Assembly (NCBI GenBank): GCA_951406725.2
Contig: OX597820.1
Coordinates: forward strand, 113,026,001-113,090,000
Origin: Octopus vulgaris
Taxonomy: Eukaryota
DNA length: 64,000 nt
Reading direction: 5' to 3'
Shown: positions 59,891-64,000 of the stretch, one piece after another
How the letters are laid out: the number at the start of each line of letters is the position of its first letter
How positions within the stretch are numbered: the first letter of the stretch is position 1
Notes under the pieces: model-generated
Told to the model about the DNA's origin: nothing
The model's database searches: none
The model's input: the letters and a program-made list of their open reading frames with translations, nothing else
Position numbers and translations under genes: made by a program

Positions 59891-60318
59891 TAAAGTTTAA
59901 ATGCATAGAGAAAAACAATTGTTTTAAATATCTAAGCAAGAGATATACAGTAACAGTACTGAATAATAAAGTTTATATGCCAACAGAATATGGCAGCCAT
60001 ATAAAGAATGATGTTACTGTTGTCTTAGCACCAGGAAAATATCTTTTCCAGCTGGCTTTCAACACACAGTTTGTGTCTATATACCATTTGCAAGGGAGGT
60101 CATCACTCCCATCTCTAGCCTTATGTGATACTCACAGACCTAGGTTTCTGAGTGGTTACCTGTCCTCAGTGAGCAATAGCCACAAGCTAGTGCAGAAAGC
60201 TCTCATCACTCGCAACAGTATATATTCTTTAAGCAACACACAGTTGCTGGTCTCCTGTAGAGAAAAACAATTTGTTTTAAATTTCTGAGCGAGAGGTGTA
60301 CAGTAACAGCACCAAATA
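59890..60318 (-). mobile_element. Diverged second member of the 353-bp hammerhead repeat family (~1.2 units)
   Basis: Collinear similarity to 16339-16600 (tacagta, ttagc.ccagga, tccagctggc, atttgcaa.ggga.gtcatc, tgatac). Terminal direct repeat at 59906 and 60258 gives a 352-bp period. Degenerate HHR at 60131-60173. Confidence 0.8.
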
Positions 60319-60371
60319 CATACATATATATATATATACATATATATATATGTATGTATATGTATGTATTT

Positions 60372-60433
<62 letters not shown>

Positions 60434-60729
60434 GTATTTAAGTAGCCAAATGAATTATCTTATTACGGATAATTCGAAAGATAACTGATACCTGGGTAGC
60501 AATACTTATTATATATATATATATATATATATTTATATGTATATTTATATATACATATATATAATACTTATATATCTATATTTATATATATATATATGCA
60601 ACATCTATGTATATAATACATATACATATATAATAAACATACATGTGCATACCCACACACCCACCCACCCACACACATATCATTTCGCCCTTTATTATTT
60701 TCCCTTCTTTCTACTTCTCCTGTCAAATC

Positions 60730-60932
60730 TTTTTTCCCAACATGTTGGCATGCTTGATTGCTAAATCCACACATTTTTCTTTATTCTATCTTTGTTTGTT
60801 TTCTCTTATTGTTGAAGAGCATAGGCTCATAATATAAAAGACTTTCTCACTCTCCTGAGCATCAACCTAATACACCTGCTTGTTGCTCATACACCTGTCT
60901 TCGTCTTTTGTCTTTCTGTAAATTTCAACTAT
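60730..60932 (+). mobile_element. Solo PLE pseudo-LTR (9650-type)
   Basis: tgttgaagagcataggctc...ctaatacacctgcttg...cacctgtcttcgtcttttgt; ends at (TA)n. Confidence 0.7.
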
Positions 60933-61204
60933 ATATAATATGTATGTGTGTGTGTTTGTGTGTGTGTGAGTGTGTGTGTGTGTATGTGCACATGCACATG
61001 TTATATATGTGTATATATGTGTGGAAAGTAAATTTCTGTTTTTCCATATATTCATATATGCATATATGTGAATATGCATGCATTTGTATATGTATATGTG
61101 TATGTATTCATGTATGCATGTTTGCACAAACACACACAGAAACACATGCACTCACCACACTCGCACATGTAAATATATACATGTATTTTATACATATATA
61201 TATT

Positions 61205-61490
61205 CGAGCGAGGTCGTTGCCAGTGCCGCTGGACTGGATCTTGTGCAGGTGGCACATAAAAAAACACCATTTGAGAATGGCCGTTGCAAGTACCGCCTGA
61301 CTGACCCTTGTGCCGGTGGCACGTAAAAGCAGCCACTACACTCTCGGAGTGGTTGGCATTAGGAAGAGCATCCAGCTGTAGAAACTCTGCCAGATCAGAT
61401 TGGAACCTGGTGCAGCCAGTCCTCAGTCAAATCGTCCAACCGATGCCAGCATGGAAAGCGTATGTTAAACGATGATGATGTTGACGATGA

Positions 61491-61493
<3 letters not shown>
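61205..61493 (+). mobile_element. RTE-related SINE fragment with (GAT)n tail
   Basis: ggttggcattaggaagagcatccagctgtagaaac motif; ends gttaaacgatgatgatg. Confidence 0.65.
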
Positions 61494-61527
<34 letters not shown>

Positions 61528-61529
<2 letters not shown>

Positions 61530-61930
61530 CGCGGGAGTGGCTGTGTGGTAAGTAGCTTGCTAACCAGCCACATGGTTCCGGGTTCAGTCCCACTGCGTGG
61601 CATCTTGGGTAAGTGTCTTCTGCTATAGCCTCGGGCCGACCAAAGCCTTGTGAGTGGATTTGGTAGACGGAAACTGAAAGAAGCCTGTCGTATATATGTA
61701 TATATATATATGTGTGTTTGTGTGTCTGTGTTTGTCCCCCTAGCATTGCTTGACAACTGATGCTGGTGTGTTTACGTCCCCGTCACTTAGCGGTTCGGCA
61801 AAAGAGACCGATAGAATAAGTACTGGGCTTACAAAGAATAAGTCCCAGGGTCGATTTGCTCGACTAAAGGCGGTGCTCCAGCATGGCCGCAGTCAAATGA
61901 CTGAAACAAGTAAAAGAGAAAAAGAGAAAG
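61528..61930 (+). mobile_element. Full-length SINE family A
   Basis: A-box-like tggctgtgtggt, B-box-like gggttcagtccc, CORE-like cttgggtaagtgtctt, tail ggcggtgctccagcatggccgcagtcaaatgactgaaacaagtaaaaga. Confidence 0.9.
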
Positions 61931-62004
61931 AGATACATATTATATTTATATATATATAAATACATGTATACATATATATACATATATATATATATATATG
62001 TATG

Positions 62005-62036
<32 letters not shown>

Positions 62037-62356
62037 CCTACATACATATATACATACATGCATACTTATATATATATGACTGCATGAGTATGTGTGAAAG
62101 TACAATTTATTCCAGAAACTTCCCATGTCACCCTGTTTATTTATACATTTTATAACATTTTCTTTGGTTTATCTAAATAAATTGTATTTAATTTCTCATC
62201 ATTTCAGACTGGATAGCTTTCCATCCCACCCTTAACTGAATTGACCTCCACCTGCCACTGTGTTGGTGCATGTGTATGTGTGTGTGCACATGCGTGTATG
62301 TCTGAGTGTGTGTGTGTATCTGTCTGTCTGTGTGTCTGCGTGCATGTATGTATATA

Positions 62357-62389
<33 letters not shown>

Positions 62390-62604
62390 ATGCGTGTGTG
62401 CGTGTGGGGAAGAGAGAGACTGCTGGATTGGTACAAGGGGAACGGTCTCTAAGGATGGTGCAGGGTGGGAAGAGGTCAAGGTAAACAGCACCTTAAAGAA
62501 TGACATTATTTTACCTGTGCAGTTGGTGTTGTGTGTGGAATAGCCAGGGTGGGGGATTGTGGTTGTTGTGGTGGTGAGGGAGATGAAGTACAAAATAGGA
62601 ATTC

Positions 62605-62643
<39 letters not shown>

Positions 62644-63146
62644 AGAGATCTTTCTTTTTTTAGGTACCTATCTGAACAAGGTTAAGGGAGGTGGTATGAC
62701 AAGGGAAAAGCACTTCTAATGGAGGCTGTGTACTGTGACAGGTGGACAGGACAACAATATGTATATAATGTGAAGTGGGGGAGGGGCTCTAATGTTGGGG
62801 GGGCATAAGTTTGCTTGCTCATCCTTTTGTGTCTTTGTCACCTGCTTCTCCCCTCACACACACACACACACACACTCTCACACACATACACATACATATA
62901 CACATATGCACATGCATACACACACGCACACACAAACACACACATGCATACACTCATACATACATACATACACACATATACACCTACACACATATACACA
63001 CATACATACATTCTCCCTCTCTCTCTCTCTCTCTCTTTCTCTCTAGGTATCTGTTTTCTTTTATTTTTCCCTTGTTTCCCTCATTGAACTGTGACCATGC
63101 TGGGGTACCTTGATGGATTTAGTTAAACAAATCAGCCTTATTATGG

Positions 63147-63762
63147 GTTTCACAAGAGATGATACAGGTGGTACTTTCCCATATATTTGTACTCTGGTTG
63201 GATGACGCTTCCACGAGAGATTTTGAGCTCGCATAAGGAGGCGAGTGTAAGTTCCATCCAACCGCCTCTCAAGCTTCTTTGATAACGTCCAGGTTTCTGA
63301 GCCAAATAGTAGAGTTGGCTCGACTGTGGCTTTGAAGATTTTAAGTTTGAAATCTCTACTTAGATTTGATGACCAGATCTTATGCATATTATTACAGGCT
63401 GACCAGGCCATACCCTTTCTAGTTAGAAAATCTTTTTCAGATGATATATGTATAACCCAAGATATTTGTAATCAGAAACCATATTTAAGAGCGTATTGTT
63501 GAGAGTATGGATGATGAAATCACTGTTGGACAGGTACTTGTTTGCTGGACATTGTTGTAGAAAACGAGGTAATTTCTACTCTTCTCCTCTGGAAACCATC
63601 TGCTCGCGATACCAAAGGGCGCATACTCTCTTACCCTGTTGTAATCTCCAGGGATACAGGCATCCAGCAACAGGACCTCCGTAATGCTATGATGGACCGT
63701 GAAGTCTGGCGTAACATAGTAAATTCCATTGTCTCGACCACAATCGAACAATGATGATGATG
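63147..63762 (+). mobile_element. 5'-truncated, 5'-inverted RTE-clade LINE insertion inside a SINE
   Basis: Minus segment 63147-63540 (YKYLG...LLFGSETWTLSKKLERRLDGTYTRLLMRA...VSSLVK); plus segment 63541-63762 (FAGHCC...MMDREVWRNIV...EQ* then (TGA)n); TSD attatgg at 63140-63146 and 63763-63769. Confidence 0.85.
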
Positions 63763-64000
63763 ATTATGGATTTAAGTACAGTACTTATTCTATCAGTCTC
63801 TTTAGCCAAGCATTAAGTTACAGGGATATAAATAAAAAACACATTGGTCAAGCAGTGATGGTGGGCACAAATACAAACTCAGACACAACTCGCTCGAGTA
63901 TTTACCACTTCCAAGCTTCTGCTCACTGTGAAACATATGTAACCTGGATATCATCTTCTCCATTCCTTAACTGTTGTATACACACACACACACATATATA

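Overview
AT-rich, microsatellite-dense eukaryotic DNA made almost entirely of repeats. The SINE families and (AT)n/(CA)n/(TAA)n load resemble an octopus genome, but this is inferred from repeat motifs only. No recognisable host protein-coding gene was found; nearly all ORFs in the track are microsatellite artefacts or transposon fragments. Contents: a complete ~6.16 kb Helitron (RepHel broken only at two short homopolymers) plus a non-autonomous and a decayed Helitron; Dong/R4, L1/Tx1, CR1 and RTE LINE remnants; a Gypsy remnant; several Tc1/mariner relics and MITEs; and three or more SINE families. The most interesting signal is a set of hammerhead ribozyme (HHR) motifs in Penelope-type repeats beside (AT)n tracts. 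These include a non-coding ~353-bp unit with a perfect type I HHR, present in tandem plus inverted copies at 16.3-17.1 kb. A diverged ~352-bp relative at ~60 kb has a different but still palindromic helix III. Together they form a candidate retrozyme (self-cleaving, possibly circular RNA) family. All calls were made by eye; boundaries of degraded repeats are approximate.
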